From: an uncultured Nitrospinota bacterium
GTDB lineage: Bacteria > Tectomicrobia > Entotheonellia > J063 > CAVPRW01
Direction of reading: 5' to 3'
NCBI GenBank assembly: GCA_963707985.1
Contig: CAVPRW010000047.1
Coordinates: 1-64,000 of the forward strand
Length of the DNA: 64,000 nt
The position numbers were made by a program, and so were the translations under genes. Below the pieces are notes generated by a model. It saw only the letters and a program-made list of their open reading frames with translations. It made no database searches and had not been told where the DNA came from. This document shows, piece by piece, positions 20,607 to 32,439 of this stretch (within the stretch, counting starts at the first letter, position 1; each line of letters opens with the position of its first letter).

Positions 20607-21029
20607 ATGGTGGATAAGGCGTTACTCGACACGGATATTTTCTCGGAGATCCTGAAAGGAATCGATCAAAACGTCGTCACGCATGCAACCGCTTATCGTG
20701 CAGCCTTCGGTCAGTACACTATCTCTGTCATCACAGTCATGGAAATTGTCAAGGGCCTGCATAAACTCCAACGCGAAGACCGCGTTCAGCCGTTTCTGGC
20801 TGGGCTGGCCAATGTGGAACTGTTGACCCAGGATCTGCACAGCTCTGAATCGGCAGGGCGCATCTATGCGGACCTCGAACGCACAGGACAACCCATCGGT
20901 CGAGCCGATCCAATCATTGCTGCGATTGCTTTGCGACACGACTTAACCTTGATTACCGGCAATGTCGCACACTACCGACGCATCCAAACGCTGGGTTATG
21001 GTTTGAAATTGGATAATTGGCGCATCTGA
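20607..21029 (+). CDS. vapC: PIN-domain toxin VapC
   Basis: LLDTDIFSE, TVMEI, IGRADPIIAAIAL, LITGN..HY. Confidence 0.9.
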   Translation: MVDKALLDTDIFSEILKGIDQNVVTHATAYRAAFGQYTISVITVMEIVKGLHKLQREDRVQPFLAGLANVELLTQDLHSSESAGRIYADLERTGQPIGRADPIIAAIALRHDLTLITGNVAHYRRIQTLGYGLKLDNWRI

Positions 21030-21190
21030 GGTTGATCTCAGTAGGAGCACAGCCTGTCGGCCGCTCTACCATGTCTCCGGCAAGCCTCCTTGGATTTCAT
21101 CATACCGCTTTTCGGATTCCGCTCCATCGTGCCACAGGCCCAGTGACAGGAGCGCTGCAGCCCGGTACCATCAACAATCACCACACGTGA

Positions 21191-24100
21191 TCAGCGCCCC
21201 TCCACCTCTGCCAGCGTTCTTTCCGCCTCAGGCAGCCAGAACGTCATCTCCATGGCTCGGTAGAGTTCGATGGCTGCAGACAGTTCGGCACGGGCCTGCT
21301 GCCGCTGGCCGGTTTCGACGTAGAGGGTGCCGAGACCCAGGTGACAATGGGCCTGCAGCGGGCGCATGCCGAGTTCGTCGGCCAAGGTAAGGGCCTGCTG
21401 GTAATGAGTTGCCGCCTGCTCGACGTCCGAGGGATCACGACGCCTGGCGACCTCGCCGAGGAGACGGAAGGCATGCGCCTGGTAGCCACGTCCTGTATGG
21501 GCGCGGGAGACCTCGATGAGGTGTCCGGCAAGCGCGCTCGCCTCGTCCATGCGGCCGACGAGAAGTAGCGCCTCGCTCAGCTCGGTGAGCACGAGCGCAT
21601 GGAAGATCACGCGGCTCCCGTGGGCCACGCGCTCCAGCGTCTGGTCCAGGAGTGGGCAGGGCCTCCGCCGCGCGTCCGGCCAGGGCATACGTCGCACCCA
21701 AGATGGAGGCGACCATGGGGAATAAACGTGGGATGTTGGCACTCTGGCAGAGCGCCAGGCTCCGTTCGAGCGCGGGGATCGCCTGGTGGATGTCTCCTTG
21801 GCGGCGGGAGAGCAACCCCACAGGGATAAGCGCCCCGACAATACTGAAGGGCTGCTCGACGGCCTCGGCAATCTGCACGGCCTCTTCTGCCACACTCTTC
21901 CCCTCGGCAAAGCCCCCCAGTTCGGCCAGACAGTTGCTCATATAGGCACGGGAGGACACGGCGGGCAGGCTGACCCTGCCGAAGCGCGCATAACGACGCT
22001 CGCCAGTGAGTAACGTCATCGCCCGACGCGCGACATCCAGCCCCTGCCGAAAGTCCCCTCCAGTATAGTACACCTGGCCCAGGGTCGTCTGGGCCGCCAC
22101 CTGGACGTCGAACGCACCGCTGCTGCTGGCCAGGGCGAGGGTCCGCTGGCCAGCCGCAATGGCGCGGTCATGCTCGCCCATGGCCGAGAAGTGGATACAC
22201 AGATAGGAGGTGATCCGCCCGAGCCGCTGGGGATCGCCCAGTCGCTCGGCGAGGGCCTCGGCGGCGCGCATGTGATCGAAGATCCGCGCCTCTTCGCCGA
22301 GTGGCAGCAAGGCATTGCGCAGGTCGAACCGCAGATCGATGGCCTGTTCCAGCGTGTCGCGGCGCTCGGGGAGGTGCGCCAGGGCTGTGAGCGCCTGCTC
22401 AAAACACGCGACGGCTTCGCGGTGCGCAGAGCGGGCCGCTGCCCGAGCCCCGGCCTGCTGGCCATAGGTGAGGGCCTTGTCCCACATCTCGCCCCGCACG
22501 GCATGGTGGGCCAGGCGGTCCACCTGCTCAGCTAGACGATCAGCGGTAGAGCGCTTCAAGGGCCTCGACAATCCGCGCGTGCAGCGCCCGCCGCCGCTCC
22601 TGGAGCAGACTGCCGTAGGCCACCTCGTGGGTGAGGGCATGCTTGAAGGTGTATGCGTGCTCGGGAAAGAGTTGCGTCTCGTAGAGGAACTCGGCCGCCT
22701 GGAGGTGCGCCAGGCCGCGATGTAGTGCCATCTCGGGCAGCTCGGTAATGGCCTGCAGCAAGGGCAAGGGCACTTCAGTGCCGATCACCGCTGCGGTCTG
22801 GAGCAGGTGCTTCTCCTCAGGGGGCAGACGGTCGATGCGCGCCGCCAGCACGGCCTGCACTGTGGCCGGTACCTGCAGGCTGTCGAGAGATTTGACGAGC
22901 CGATAGGCGCCCGGCTCTCCGACCAGCACCCGACTCTCCACCAGGGTGCGCACGCTCTCCTCCAGAAAGAAGGGATTGCCTTCGGTGCGGGCGATCAGGA
23001 GCTGCTTCAGCGGCGCCAGGCTCGGGGTCGTCGCCGAGGAGGGCCTGCAGCAGTTCGTCGGCGCTCGTGGGCGGCAGCGGGTCCAGCCGCAGTTGGGTGT
23101 AGTAGGTCTTGCTGCCCCAGCCGTGCTGATACTCCGGGCGGTAGTTGACCAGGAGCAGCATGTCGGGCCGTCGGCAGGCTGTCGACCAGGCTATCGAGCA
23201 GCGCCTGGGTCTCGGAGTCGATCCAGTGCAGGTCCTCAAAGACCAGGAGCAGGGGCTGCACCTGGCTTTCGCGCAGCAGCACGCGCTTGAGCGCGGCCAG
23301 GGTGCGTTGCCGCCGCTGCGGCGGATCGAGCGTCAGGAATGGACTGTCGGCGGGCAGCGGCGTCCAGGAGCGCCGAGCAGCGCCGGGATGGCCTCCTGGA
23401 GGGCCTCGTCCAGGGTCAGGAGGTGCCCGGTGACTTTGGCCCGGACGGTGCGCGGCTCGTCCCCGTCCTCGACGTGCATATAGCGCTTGAGCAGGTCCAC
23501 AACCGGGAAGTAGGGGGTGGCTTTGCCATACGACACCGAGGCGGCCTCCAACACCAGCCAGCCCTGGGTGCGGTGGGAATGGACGAACTCGTAGAGCAGG
23601 CGGGACTTGCCGACCCCGGCCTCCCCCACCGTGGCCACCACCTGGCCGTGCCCCGTCCTGGCCCGCGCCAGCGCCTGCACCAGCGCCGCGATCTCGGTCT
23701 CACGGCCGACAAAGCGGGTGAGGCCACGCGCTACCGCCGCCTGCAAGCGCCGACGGACGGCGCTGGCGCCGACCAGCTCGAACACCTCCACCGGCTCCGT
23801 CATTCCCTTCACCGGGATCGGTCCCAGGGCGTTGACCTGCACCAGGCCCTCGACTAGCCGCAGGGTCGCCGCCGTCAGCCGGATACTGCCAGGCATGGCC
23901 AACTGTTCCATGCGGGCCGCCAGATGGGTGGTCTGGCCCACGGCCGAGTAATCCATGTGTAGGTCGTTGCCAATCGCCCGCACCACCACTTCCCCCGAGT
24001 TGAGGCCCACTCGGATGCGCAGCTCGAGACCGTGGGCGCGGCGCACCTCGTCGGTATACTCACGCAGGGCGGCCTGCATCGCCAGGGCGGAGTAACAGGC

Positions 24101-24637
24101 CCGCAGGGCATGATCTTCATGGGCAATCGGCGCCCCGAAGAGCGCCATGATGCCATCCCCTAGTACCTGGTTCACCGTGCCCTCGTAGCGGTGCACGGCG
24201 TCCATCATGCGGTGCAGGGCCGGGTCCAGGAGCTGCTGGGCGGCCTCGGGATCGAGGTCCCGGATCAACTCGGTGGAGTCTTTGATGTCGGCGAACAGCA
24301 CTGTCACCTGCTTGCGTTCGCCGTCCAGATGTTGGCGGGCGTCGAGAATTTTTTCGGTGAGATGTGGTGGGGTATAGGACAGGGGTGTAGGCGGCGCGGT
24401 GGCCGGTGAGGAGGCAAACGGTCCCGATGGGGCGGGGGGCTTGTCGGCCCCGCCGGTCCAGACCAGGACTCTGCCATCTTCCTCCACAGCCAGTTGTTGG
24501 CCGTAAGTCAGTTCCTCCTTGAGTGCTTCCAGCTGCTCGTCGTCAAGCTGGAACTGGAGCTTGAGCATACGATAGGTCATGCGACCTCGGCGTTGGAGCA
24601 TGGCAACCGCCTGATCCAGAATCTCCTCGAAGGTCAT
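21191..24637 (-). CDS. Adenylate/guanylate cyclase + AAA ATPase + TPR protein; several frameshifts
   Basis: GERKQVTVLFADIKDST, LGDGIMALFGAP, RVGLNSGEVVV, GEAGVGKSRL, FEDLHWID, TPRs ending MEMTFWLPEAE. Confidence 0.88.
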
Positions 24638-24671
24638 GGTCGACCCTTCCCCGCTCTCGCGTTTCCGTCAT

Positions 24672-26273
24672 CTACCCCACCCCATTTGGTCCGCGGCGCA
24701 GCACTTGCCCAGGCAGTGCTCCGGTATGTTCGCCGTCGTCGATCACGACCATTCCATTGACGATGACTGTCGAGATGCCAGCGGCATATTGATGCGGATC
24801 GTCGTAAGTGGCCCGCTCGGCGACGGTCTGCGGGTCGAAGATGGTAATGTCGGCGTGGTATCCCGCGCGGAGCAAGCCGCGGTTGACCAGTCTTAGGGCC
24901 GCCGCTGACCCGCCGGTCATTTTATAGATGGCCTGGGGCAGGGATAACAGTCCCAAATCGCGGACGTAGCGCCCGAGCACTCGCGGGAAGGTACCGTAGA
25001 AACGCGGGTGTGGTTTGCCCTGGCTGGTCGTCCCATACGGCGCCAGCGAGGTGCCGTCGGAACCCACCAGCACCTCAGGTGAGCGAACGATCGCCTGCAC
25101 ATCCGCCTCGTCCATGGAGGTGACCAGGATGCGCGTGTGGCCCCGGTCGGCGATCAGGTAGTCGCAGACGGCATCCAGAGGGTCACAGGCACGGTCGCGG
25201 GCGATGTCGCCGATGGTGCGCCCGGCATACTCCGGCTGGTGCGGTGAGATGGCGATGCGTACTGCATCCCATGACGAAATCCGTCCAAAATTATTCAGAC
25301 CATGGACGGCCAGTTCCTCCCGTATGCGGGATCGAATCGTCGGCTGGCTCAGGCGCTGGAGCATGATCTCCATGCTGCCTTCCTGGACCCAGGTCGGTAG
25401 CAAGTTACGCAGGGGGTTACTACCGGCAGTGTAGGGGTACTGATCGACATCGACCTGCACACCGCGCTGGCGGGCGGCGTCGATCTCCGCCAGCAGTCGG
25501 GCGGCACCACCCCAATTGTCGGTGCCGGAGAGCTTGAGATGGGCGATTTGCACATGGATGCCGCAGGCCTCACCGATAGCAATGGCCTCCCGCACCGCCT
25601 CGAAGACGTGATTGGCCTCATCCCGGATGTGGGAGGCATAACCGGCGCCGTAGCGCTGCAGCACGCGACCCAAGGCGATCAGTTCCTCGGTCTTGGCAAA
25701 GATTCCCGGTGCCGTAAAGAGGCCGGAGGACAGCCCCAGCGCGCCAGCCTCCAGGGCCTCCTCCAGGAGATGCTGCATCAAGGACAGCTCGTCAGGCTGG
25801 GGCGGTCGATCCTCCATCCCCATGGCCAGGAGTCGCAGCGTATTATGGCCCACCTGCATGACAGTGTTGACCGAGGTGGCCGGGAAGGTGTTGAGATAGT
25901 CAGCGAAGGTAGTTTCACGAAATTCCAGCCAGGGAGCGCTGGCGGCCAGGTAATCGCGCAGCAACTCGACACGTCCTGGGAGGGCCGGGGCGGCGGAGAA
26001 GCCACAATTGCCCAACACTTCGGTGGTGACGCCCTGGCGGATCTTGCTCTCTGCCCGCGGATTCAGCGGCAGGGTGAAGTCGGAGTGCGTGTGAATGTCG
26101 ATGAAGCCGGGCGCGACCACCTGTCCGGTGGCATCGATGATACGTCGACCCTGCCGGGTCTGGCCACTGTCAATCGCCACAATACGTCCGTCGGTGACCG
26201 CCACATCGGCGACACGGCCAGGTGCGCCGCTGCCATCGATCACTTCTCCCCCACGAATCACCAGATCGTCCAT
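24672..26273 (-). CDS. N-acyl-D-amino-acid deacylase (D-aminoacylase)
   Basis: PGFIDIHTHSD, QGVTTEVLGNCG, SHIRDE, VGSDG, HPRFYGTFPRVLG. Confidence 0.93.
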   Translation of the reverse strand: MDDLVIRGGEVIDGSGAPGRVADVAVTDGRIVAIDSGQTRQGRRIIDATGQVVAPGFIDIHTHSDFTLPLNPRAESKIRQGVTTEVLGNCGFSAAPALPGRVELLRDYLAASAPWLEFRETTFADYLNTFPATSVNTVMQVGHNTLRLLAMGMEDRPPQPDELSLMQHLLEEALEAGALGLSSGLFTAPGIFAKTEELIALGRVLQRYGAGYASHIRDEANHVFEAVREAIAIGEACGIHVQIAHLKLSGTDNWGGAARLLAEIDAARQRGVQVDVDQYPYTAGSNPLRNLLPTWVQEGSMEIMLQRLSQPTIRSRIREELAVHGLNNFGRISSWDAVRIAISPHQPEYAGRTIGDIARDRACDPLDAVCDYLIADRGHTRILVTSMDEADVQAIVRSPEVLVGSDGTSLAPYGTTSQGKPHPRFYGTFPRVLGRYVRDLGLLSLPQAIYKMTGGSAAALRLVNRGLLRAGYHADITIFDPQTVAERATYDDPHQYAAGISTVIVNGMVVIDDGEHTGALPGQVLRRGPNGVG

Positions 26274-26566
26274 GCTCAGCTCCCCCAGCTTGCTGCATCT
26301 ATCTACCTCTCCCCTACCGAAGCCTACGAGCGTTACCTACGAATCCCTAATGCGAGCGCTTTTTCCTCTGTCTCCCGCCGAGAGGTGGTCTAGGTGAGGA
26401 CGGCAGGCAATGCAATTCAACGACCGCGGCGGCCTATGATATAATAGCTCCCCTCTAGGAATCCAATGCTTCCGCGTCTGTTACCGGAAGCGCCTTCTGC
26501 CGCTGCGTCTCAGCCTCCATCGGGGGGAAGAGCGCTGCGGGTGCTGCGCACATGTGGAGGTAGGGC

Positions 26567-27754
26567 ATGATTACCAAATTCGACGGCTCATACGCTGGCC
26601 ATATCGATATAGCGAATGTTGGCTACGGCGGTACCGCGGTGAACGATCGCCGTTTCTCGAACGAACAACTCGCGACGGTGTTCGACAAGGCACGCGACAT
26701 TGCGAAACTGTTGGATCGTGTAGGGTACAATACATTTTGGGCCGCCGAGCACCATTTTCAACCTGAGGGCTACGAGTGTATCCCCAATCTTCTGATGTGG
26801 GCCGTGGATCTGGCACATGTCACGCAGCGCCTGAAGTTCGGGTGTGGCTTCAATATCACCCCGATGTGGCATCCGCTGCGGCTGGCCGAGGATTTTGCCA
26901 CTGCCGACATCCTGACCGGCGGGCGGGTCATCTTTGGCGTGGGGCGTGGCTATCACACGCGCGAGGTCGAGACCTTCGGGGCCCCCCTGCGTGACCAACC
27001 AGCCAACCGTGACCTGTTCGAGGAACAGGTTGAGGTGATTTTTAAAGCGTTCAACAGCCCATCCTTCTCACATCAGGGCACATATTACACCATCCCACCG
27101 CACGTCCCCTATCGTGGCTATGAATTGCAGGAACTTACCCTGGTGCCTCAGCCCATCCATCGCCCGATCGAATGTTGGCAGCCGATCCAGAGCGCCACGC
27201 CGCGCGGACTGGATTTCATGGCGAAGCACGGCATCAAGGGCGCTATCGGCGGTGGTGTGGCTGAAGGTGGCGCCATGCATAACGTCATGGAAGGCTATCG
27301 GGAGGCGCTGCGCCGCGTCGGTCGCGATGTGCAATTGGGCGAGGATCTGGCGATAGGCTTCCATTTCCGCCTGGCCAAGACCCCGGAGGAGGGCATCAAA
27401 GCGGCGGCCAAACACTACGAAGAAAATTTGAAAATGTTCGGGCCGTTGCGGCTGGTCCGCGGCCTTTCTGATGCGCAGATCGAGGCCATGGGTGATCCCC
27501 GCCGAGCGCCTTCGGCCGGCCTGCCAACCCTTGAAGAGGCCGTCAAGAAGGGGGCCTTCCTCTGTGGTCCACCCGAGCTCATCATCGAGCAACTGATGCG
27601 CCTGGAGGAGCGTTACCCCGGACTCGAGCGCATCACCGTGAGTCACCCGGTCAGCACCCCGCATGCCGTCATGCTGGAGCAGTGGGAGTGGTTTGCCGCC
27701 GAGGTCATGCCGGCCTTTAAGAAGCGTGTGCAGGAGCCTGTTTCGGCCAATTAG
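26567..27754 (+). CDS. LLM-class flavin-dependent oxidoreductase
   Basis: WAAEHHFQPEG, WHPLRLAEDFATADILTGGRVIFGVGRGY. Confidence 0.92.
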   Translation: MITKFDGSYAGHIDIANVGYGGTAVNDRRFSNEQLATVFDKARDIAKLLDRVGYNTFWAAEHHFQPEGYECIPNLLMWAVDLAHVTQRLKFGCGFNITPMWHPLRLAEDFATADILTGGRVIFGVGRGYHTREVETFGAPLRDQPANRDLFEEQVEVIFKAFNSPSFSHQGTYYTIPPHVPYRGYELQELTLVPQPIHRPIECWQPIQSATPRGLDFMAKHGIKGAIGGGVAEGGAMHNVMEGYREALRRVGRDVQLGEDLAIGFHFRLAKTPEEGIKAAAKHYEENLKMFGPLRLVRGLSDAQIEAMGDPRRAPSAGLPTLEEAVKKGAFLCGPPELIIEQLMRLEERYPGLERITVSHPVSTPHAVMLEQWEWFAAEVMPAFKKRVQEPVSAN

Positions 27755-27833
27755 TCGGCGACGATCCGCCAGGTCTGGCGTGTTGATCGTCGCACGAGCA
27801 ATGGCGGCGGGGGAGGATCGCACGGTTGGGCTT

Positions 27834-27867
27834 CCCTCACCCCGGCCCTCTCCCGGAGGGAGAGGGA
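27834..27867. repeat. REP-like intergenic palindrome
   Basis: CCCTCACCCCGG followed by hairpin CCCTCTCCC-GGA-GGGAGAGGG. Confidence 0.7.
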
Positions 27868-27912
27868 GACAGAGACCCCGTATCTACCACCTGCAATGAA
27901 GAGGAGAGCCTC

Positions 27913-28971
27913 ATGAGCGCTGATCATCATCAGACGTTTGTCTATGCCGGACTGGCTGGCGAGGGAGAATATATCGGCGCCGGCGGGTTATATCGTTATG
28001 CGGCGCACAACGGTGAGTGGCAAAGCCTCACCAACGGACTACCGGAACACCCGCAGGTGCGGGCGCTGCTCATGCACCCCCAGAATTCAGCGATTTTGTA
28101 CGCCGGCACGCATAAAGGGCCATATCGCAGCGACGATCGGGGGGAGCACTGGACGGCACTGGAAGCCCCCCCACAGGGGACAGACGTCTGGTCGCTGGCG
28201 TTCCATCCGCACGATGCCAACATCATCTATGCCGGCTATGAGCCCTGTGCCATCTATCGTTCCGAGGATGGCGGTGAACATTGGAAGAGGATGAACACCG
28301 AGAAAGTCAGGTTCCCCCATATCACCTCCTACATGCCGCCGCTAGGGAAGCGTGTCATCGGCATAGCGGCGGACCCCTCGGATCCGCACGACATGTATGC
28401 CGCCATCGAGGTCGGTGGTCTGCTCGCCAGCCGCGATGAGGGCGAGAGCTGGGAATCGATCACCGACGGCTTGTACGTCCGCAATAACACCGTCGATTTA
28501 CACGGGGTGCAGGTCAGCCCTGCGGCCCCCGGCATGGTGTACATCATCACCCAGGTAGCCATGTTCCGGAGTCGCCATCGCGGGCGGCACTGGGAGCATG
28601 TGCAGATCGACGAGATGTTCCCGGGCGGGTCATATTGTCGTGGACTGTTAGTGGCGCCAAACGATCCCCACACCATCTATCTGGCCGCCGGAGCGGGCGG
28701 TGGCGGGGCGCCGAAGGGCACCCAGGAGGCCGGAGCCCTGTTTCGCAGTCGTGACATCGGTGAGACATGGGAACGCGTCGACATCGGTGATACGCCACCC
28801 AGCCGCATGGCGCAGACCGCTATCGACCGTGCCAATCCTGCCCACATCTACTGCTGTGCCATGCATGGGCAGGTCTACGGCAGCCAGGACGGCGGCCACA
28901 CCTGGCAAAAAAGCCAGCTTCCAGTGGAGACGATGCGCAATCGGCGGATCTATGCGCTGGCGTGTGGCTAG
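27913..28971 (+). CDS. BNR/Asp-box repeat beta-propeller protein
   Basis: Repeats SDDRGEHW, SEDGGEHW, SRDEGESW, SRDIGETW, SQDGGHTW. Confidence 0.85.
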   Translation: MSADHHQTFVYAGLAGEGEYIGAGGLYRYAAHNGEWQSLTNGLPEHPQVRALLMHPQNSAILYAGTHKGPYRSDDRGEHWTALEAPPQGTDVWSLAFHPHDANIIYAGYEPCAIYRSEDGGEHWKRMNTEKVRFPHITSYMPPLGKRVIGIAADPSDPHDMYAAIEVGGLLASRDEGESWESITDGLYVRNNTVDLHGVQVSPAAPGMVYIITQVAMFRSRHRGRHWEHVQIDEMFPGGSYCRGLLVAPNDPHTIYLAAGAGGGGAPKGTQEAGALFRSRDIGETWERVDIGDTPPSRMAQTAIDRANPAHIYCCAMHGQVYGSQDGGHTWQKSQLPVETMRNRRIYALACG

Positions 28972-29244
28972 TCGGATGTTGGGTTGACATAGTGATAAGG
29001 GTATGGCGAGAATACGATTGCCCGTATGTCATTGACCTTGCCGCCCTCACCATCCTGACCGCGATGGCCAGCCGGGCCATGCGGTCATGGACTGACCAGC
29101 GCTGAGTAGCCCAGTACAAGAACTGGATGACGGATTTCCGCGCCAAGTGATGCTGGCTGCCTGCTACTCGGTTGGAGAGAGGACACTCCTGTCGGTCCCG
29201 AAAACTTGTAACAGCTGAAAACAAACGACTTCGATGGCATCTGC

Positions 29245-29400
29245 TCACGCTGCTCGCCGCTCATAGTCATGATGCAGCCCACCCACTTCGGGGACTTCCC
29301 TGATCGAGCCAACCTCCGGCCGTTGGACCGGCCTCGGCACCGGACAATCCAAGTCCAGTGCTCGGTGTATGCGCCAGTATCAGTAGTTGTAGCACTACCA
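29245..29400 (-). pseudogene. C-terminal remnant of an integrase-core transposase
   Basis: RIHRALDLDCPVPRPVQ...EVPEVGGLHHDYERRAA*. Confidence 0.6.
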
Positions 29401-29464
29401 AACCTTGAGGATCGAGTACCCCATTAGCCGGCGAACGCGGCTTTTTCCACGAGGGAGTACCAGT

Positions 29465-30040
29465 ATGGACGCAGACAAGATCCAGATCGTCGCTTCTAAG
29501 CATGGCGTTTCTCCAGACGCTGTTCAGCATCTTTATCACGCGATTCTCGTCGGAAAAGGCACGATGGCACAATTTAGTCATCCCGAGTTCGGCGGCACCG
29601 GTCAATGGATGCGAGGCGGCATGATCATGATCGGGGATATGTTCAACAATGCGTTGAAAGCCAGGGTGGAGGCTCTTTGCAACGACGTCGCTCAACTGCT
29701 CCTTTCGGATCCGTCCGCGACGAGTTCGGCTGCCTTTCCATCATTCACCATGGCTGCCGCTGGCTGGTGGCCGGCGGAACTGGGTCGGCCTGCCGCAGTC
29801 GGCGGTCAGAACGAACTTTATTATGCGTATTTCCCCGATAAGCACCGCCTCGCGATTCGGCATGGCGACACCATGAGCCTCTACGACACGGCTGGGTACA
29901 CGATCACGAGCTTCAGCCAGCAGCAGCAATCGGGTCTGCAGGGGTTGTACTTCAGGAGCCAGCAGGGCCTGATAGCGGTGATAACCCTCCCAGTGATAGC
30001 GTCCCGGAGGATGCCCTTCCCCTCACCGCCCCCATCATGA
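29465..30040 (+). CDS. Conserved hypothetical (family often carrying a C-terminal SHOCT domain, absent here)
   Basis: MAQFSHPEFGGTGQWMRGGMIMIGDMFN, WWPAELGRP...GQN..YAYFP. Confidence 0.7.
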   Translation: MDADKIQIVASKHGVSPDAVQHLYHAILVGKGTMAQFSHPEFGGTGQWMRGGMIMIGDMFNNALKARVEALCNDVAQLLLSDPSATSSAAFPSFTMAAAGWWPAELGRPAAVGGQNELYYAYFPDKHRLAIRHGDTMSLYDTAGYTITSFSQQQQSGLQGLYFRSQQGLIAVITLPVIASRRMPFPSPPPS

Positions 30041-30518
30041 GCCCTGTCTCTTCGAGTTGTATGGACTTGACCATGACGTGCAGGGCTGACCAAAGCCTTA
30101 AACGCTTACAGAGTGCACGCCCGGTCATGCTGCAAAAGTTTCCGTGGGCCAACGCTGCGCATCCATCCTAGGAAACCCCGCGGCTTCCTTGAGGCGTGCG
30201 AGGCCGTTGATCTCTCTCGGTAGCGATCGGACGGACTGGCACGACGCTTGCTCATTGGAAAGCAAAATGGATGATGGCGCTACGGATACAAAGGAGGAAG
30301 AGGATATGAACCCGTACCCACACACCCACGGCATGCAATAGGGGACTCACAGACTCGTTACCCCCCTTGCTGGGCATGTCAGCAGCCTGTGCGTGTGGGA
30401 GTCAGATCGGCTTGCGCCGCAAGTACTGACGTCGGCCGTTTGCTGAAGCCACCACCTGCAGGCGGTGGAATATTGCGTGAGCCATGATGGCATCACCTAT
30501 GCCTCAAAGGAGAACACG

Positions 30519-32276
30519 ATGCGTTGGCGAGGGATCCTCTCACTATCCACCCTGGTCGTCTGTCTACTGGGGGCAGCTCCGGCCAAGGCCACTGTCTTCG
30601 TCCACCTATTTGAATGGCCCTGGAATGATATCGCCCAGGAATGTGAGGATTTTCTGGGACCCAAGGGCTATTTCGCCGTGCAGGTATCGCCGCCCAACGA
30701 GCATCGCCTGCTGCTGGGTCGGCCCTGGTATGAGCGCTATCAGCCCGTCAGTTATCAACTGACCAGCCGCAGCGGCACGCGCCAAGAATTCATCCAGATG
30801 ATCCAGCGTTGCCATCGGGCAGGCGTGCAAATCTATGCCGACGCGGTCATCAACCATATGGCCAGTTGCCGGCCATCCTGCGACGCGGCCCAACCCCAGT
30901 TCGGCAATCGGGGCGTAGGTGGCAGCACGTATGAGATCGGCCAATATCGGTTCAATACGCTGTTCGACGAAGAAGACAAAAACCGCGTTGCCGGTGGGCT
31001 CGACGCCTATCAACGCGAGCATTTTCATCATGGCTGCAACCAGGTCAGCAACTGGAACGATCCCTGGCAGGTGCAGAACTGCGAGCTGGAACGCCTCGCT
31101 GATCTGGCCACCGAACGCGAGGACGTGCAGAATACCATTGCCAACTATCTGGCCGCGTTGTTCGCCTTGGGCATCGACGGTCTTCGCATCGATGCTGCCA
31201 AGCACTTCCCCCCCGGCGATCTCCACGCCATTCTGACCAAGGCCGCCACCGCCGCCAACGTGCGTATCGAAGGCACAGCGATCAACCCAGGAGGAGCCAG
31301 GCAGGTGCTGGTGTTTCAGGAGATCATCGGCCGTCCTCCTGATCCTAATGCCGCGTATGCAAACGGCAAAGTCTTGGAATTCGACTACGGCACAAAGCTG
31401 GGTGAAAAATTTCTGAGTGGATCGCTCAGCCCGCTCAATGGGCCAGTTCCCTTTGGCGAGGGTTGGGGGTTACAGCCCAGCTGGATCAGCATCGCCTTTA
31501 TCGATAACCACGACAATCAGCGCGGTCATGGGGGTGGCGGGCAGATCATCAAGGACATGCGCAATCAGTTGAGCGCGTATACGCTAGCCAATATCTTCAT
31601 GTTGGCCTGGCCGTATGGGTATCCGCACGTGACGTCCAGTTACCGCTTCGGCAACGGGGAAATCTGGTTCCATGACCAGAACCCGGAACAGGACATCACC
31701 AGTGTTGCCAACATGCCAGTGCACGATGATTTCCTGGGTCCCCCACATCATGGAGCCCACAAAAGCGTGTTGCAGGCAGGCGACTATGCCACCGCCAGCG
31801 ACTGGACCACCCGCGGGCCCTGGGTGAATGAGGACGGGAAGTGGCGCAATACCTGCTTTGATGGTAACTCGAAGTGGATGTGTGAACATCGCTGGCGGCC
31901 GATCGCAAACATGGTCGGATTTCGCAATGCGGTCAATGCTAACTGGAATCCTGTCGCGCATTGGTGGAGTAACGGTAACCGCCAGATCGCGTTCGGACGT
32001 GGTCCTCTGGGATTCGTGCTCATCAATGCCGAGCCGGGCACCGATGCCGCCACCTTCGGCCCCGAAGGCAACGGCTGGATGCAAACGGGGCTGCCGGCGG
32101 GTAGGTACTGCGACGTCATCCACAGTAACCTGGCGACCGATAAGACGCGGTGCCTCACCGAGAACGGGCAGGATGTGATGCCGGTGACCGTGTTTGCCGA
32201 TGGCAAGGCCCATATTCCCGTCAATCCCATGGATGCCGTTGCACTCCATGTCGGAGCCCGGCTACTCGGTGACTAA
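30519..32276 (+). CDS. Secreted alpha-amylase, GH13 (animal/actinobacterial type)
   Basis: Signal peptide, VHLFEW, QVSPP, YQPVSY, DAVINH, RIDAAKH, FQEI, FIDNHDNQRGHG, CEHRW, LPAGRYCDV. Confidence 0.93.
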   Translation: MRWRGILSLSTLVVCLLGAAPAKATVFVHLFEWPWNDIAQECEDFLGPKGYFAVQVSPPNEHRLLLGRPWYERYQPVSYQLTSRSGTRQEFIQMIQRCHRAGVQIYADAVINHMASCRPSCDAAQPQFGNRGVGGSTYEIGQYRFNTLFDEEDKNRVAGGLDAYQREHFHHGCNQVSNWNDPWQVQNCELERLADLATEREDVQNTIANYLAALFALGIDGLRIDAAKHFPPGDLHAILTKAATAANVRIEGTAINPGGARQVLVFQEIIGRPPDPNAAYANGKVLEFDYGTKLGEKFLSGSLSPLNGPVPFGEGWGLQPSWISIAFIDNHDNQRGHGGGGQIIKDMRNQLSAYTLANIFMLAWPYGYPHVTSSYRFGNGEIWFHDQNPEQDITSVANMPVHDDFLGPPHHGAHKSVLQAGDYATASDWTTRGPWVNEDGKWRNTCFDGNSKWMCEHRWRPIANMVGFRNAVNANWNPVAHWWSNGNRQIAFGRGPLGFVLINAEPGTDAATFGPEGNGWMQTGLPAGRYCDVIHSNLATDKTRCLTENGQDVMPVTVFADGKAHIPVNPMDAVALHVGARLLGD

Positions 32277-32439
32277 ATACGCTGGGGTATGGCGGATGCC
32301 GGGCTAATCGGGGGTAAGGGCTGCTGTTCCGTCTCCCGCTGCCAGGTCTCGACGCTGGTGGCGGGATGACGGACAATAGTCGGCATGGTACGATGAGCTT
32401 CTTTAAGCAATCGGAATGCTCCCGGATCGATAGGTGGCC

